Below are positions 63,467-64,000 of a stretch of DNA of 64,000 nt, piece by piece. Numbering within the stretch: position 1 is the first letter of the stretch; each line of letters opens with the position of its first letter. Source of the DNA: an uncultured Pseudobdellovibrionaceae bacterium (GTDB lineage Bacteria; Bdellovibrionota; FAC87; UBA2466); contig CAZFMF010000013.1 in the NCBI GenBank assembly GCA_964519985.1, positions 7,515 through 71,514 on the forward strand, written 5' to 3'. The position numbers and the translations under genes were made by a program. The notes beneath the pieces were generated by a model. The model saw nothing but the letters and a program-made list of their open reading frames with translations. It was not told the DNA's origin and searched no databases.

Positions 63467-63486
63467 GGAACCATTCTACACCGATC

Positions 63487-63855
63487 TCAGCGCGCGAGGT
63501 ACAGGTGCAAACCTCGCCCATTCACCCGCTGGGGGTTTGGCAATGCGACCAAGGTGTGCGGTTGATTTCCGTCTAACGCGCAAGGGGCCACGCCTTGATA
63601 CAGCGTGCCGCTTTCCCCGAGAATTTGATAGCCCAGCTGCACGATGCGCGCGGAATCTTGTAGGGTGCGCCGGTAAACGGGATTAAGCGCCAGCTCCACG
63701 GTAAAACGGCTGGGTTGCGTTTCGGCGAGGCGCGCCGATTGAAACCAGGGGCCGAGTTCAGCGCCGAGATTGACCGGTAAAGTTTGGGTGGGTTGCCGTG
63801 AGGCATCCGGCCAAAATTTCCAAATCCCTCCGAGTAGGATCAGGACCGCCCATAG
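63487..63855 (-). CDS. membrane-anchored hypothetical protein lacking an in-frame canonical start (possible frameshift)
   Basis: The open frame reads ...LWAVLILLGGIWKFWPDASRQPTQTLPVN...LHLYLAR*. The first ATG/GTG/TTG in frame is at 63699, after the hydrophobic anchor. An ATG at 63853 is in the +1 frame. Confidence 0.35.
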   Translation of the reverse strand, partial: LWAVLILLGGIWKFWPDASRQPTQTLPVNLGAELGPWFQSARLAETQPSRFTVELALNPVYRRTLQDSARIVQLGYQILGESGTLYQGVAPCALDGNQPHTLVALPNPQRVNGRGLHLYLAR

Positions 63856-63857
63856 GC

Positions 63858-64000
63858 TTAAGAAAAGTTTTCTTTCCGCGTTGATAAAGCCCCCTTGAGG
63901 ATCAGCACGAATTCGCCCTTGGATTTCTCAAAGCGTTTGAACTCCGCTTCGATTTCCAGGAGCGATCCCCAGATCAGGCGCTCTTGATCGGACTCCAGCT
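63858..64000 (-). CDS. rsmI: C-terminal end of a probable 16S rRNA 2'-O-methyltransferase RsmI-like protein (partial)
   Basis: Own translation gives ...LESDQERLIWGSLLEIEAEFKRFEKSKGEFVLILKGALSTRKENFS*. The KGEFVLIL.G ending is typical of RsmI. Only 47 residues are visible. Confidence 0.45.
   Translation of the reverse strand, partial: LESDQERLIWGSLLEIEAEFKRFEKSKGEFVLILKGALSTRKENFS

Overview
GC-rich, gene-dense chromosomal segment of a diderm bacterium. I call about 70 protein genes and 2 tRNAs (Ser-CGA, Leu-CAA). I see no rRNA, CRISPR array, transposase or integrase. The ORF track uses the longest ATG/GTG/TTG ORF, so many starts were trimmed to the position with a signal peptide and a Shine-Dalgarno sequence. 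Most long Arg/Gly/Pro-rich ORFs in the track are antisense shadows of real genes. Housekeeping content: a polyprenyl synthase; ispH; a long minus-strand operon mutL-miaA-yicC-remA-gmk-spoT with overlapping junctions; pgi with two acyl-CoA dehydrogenases and a fused membrane spermidine-synthase-like protein; rpsT; a flagellin; birA-coaX; prfB (classical +1 frameshift)-surE-LysM/M23 peptidase; ihfA; apbE. These are interspersed with many signal-peptide or lipoprotein genes of unknown function and with hydrolases, most carrying signal peptides: S8 protease, metzincin-like protease, lytic transglycosylase, EEP/sphingomyelinase-like enzyme, GH140-like enzyme, plus a patatin-like lipase that has no signal peptide. 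The family content (TIGR02147/DUF4423 regulator, RemA, fused spermidine synthase, MASE1 hybrid kinase, FHA-GGDEF) fits a Bdellovibrionota/Oligoflexia-like or other delta-proteobacterial-type lineage, but I cannot verify this without a database search. The main hunt result is five exact matches to TGGCAY-N5-TTGCTC (sigma-54 -24/-12 promoter), plus three weaker ones. All lie in intergenic DNA. All but one point at small exported proteins, an S8 protease or outer-membrane-like proteins. The exception (31751) has three CTGTC-N9-GACAG palindromes upstream and no ORF downstream, only a highly structured stretch of about 0.24 kb, so it is a candidate enhancer-dependent small RNA. Other items: two Gly/Tyr-rich exported paralogs (GYGYGYRP core); tandem Met/Cys-motif exported paralogs; a signal-peptide-bearing ATP-grasp operon; a mosaic vapBC toxin-antitoxin islet with a truncated second PIN toxin; a decayed partial copy of tRNA-Leu; a 21-nt repeat that begins exactly at two stop codons; and a 31-aa Lys-rich microprotein gene.
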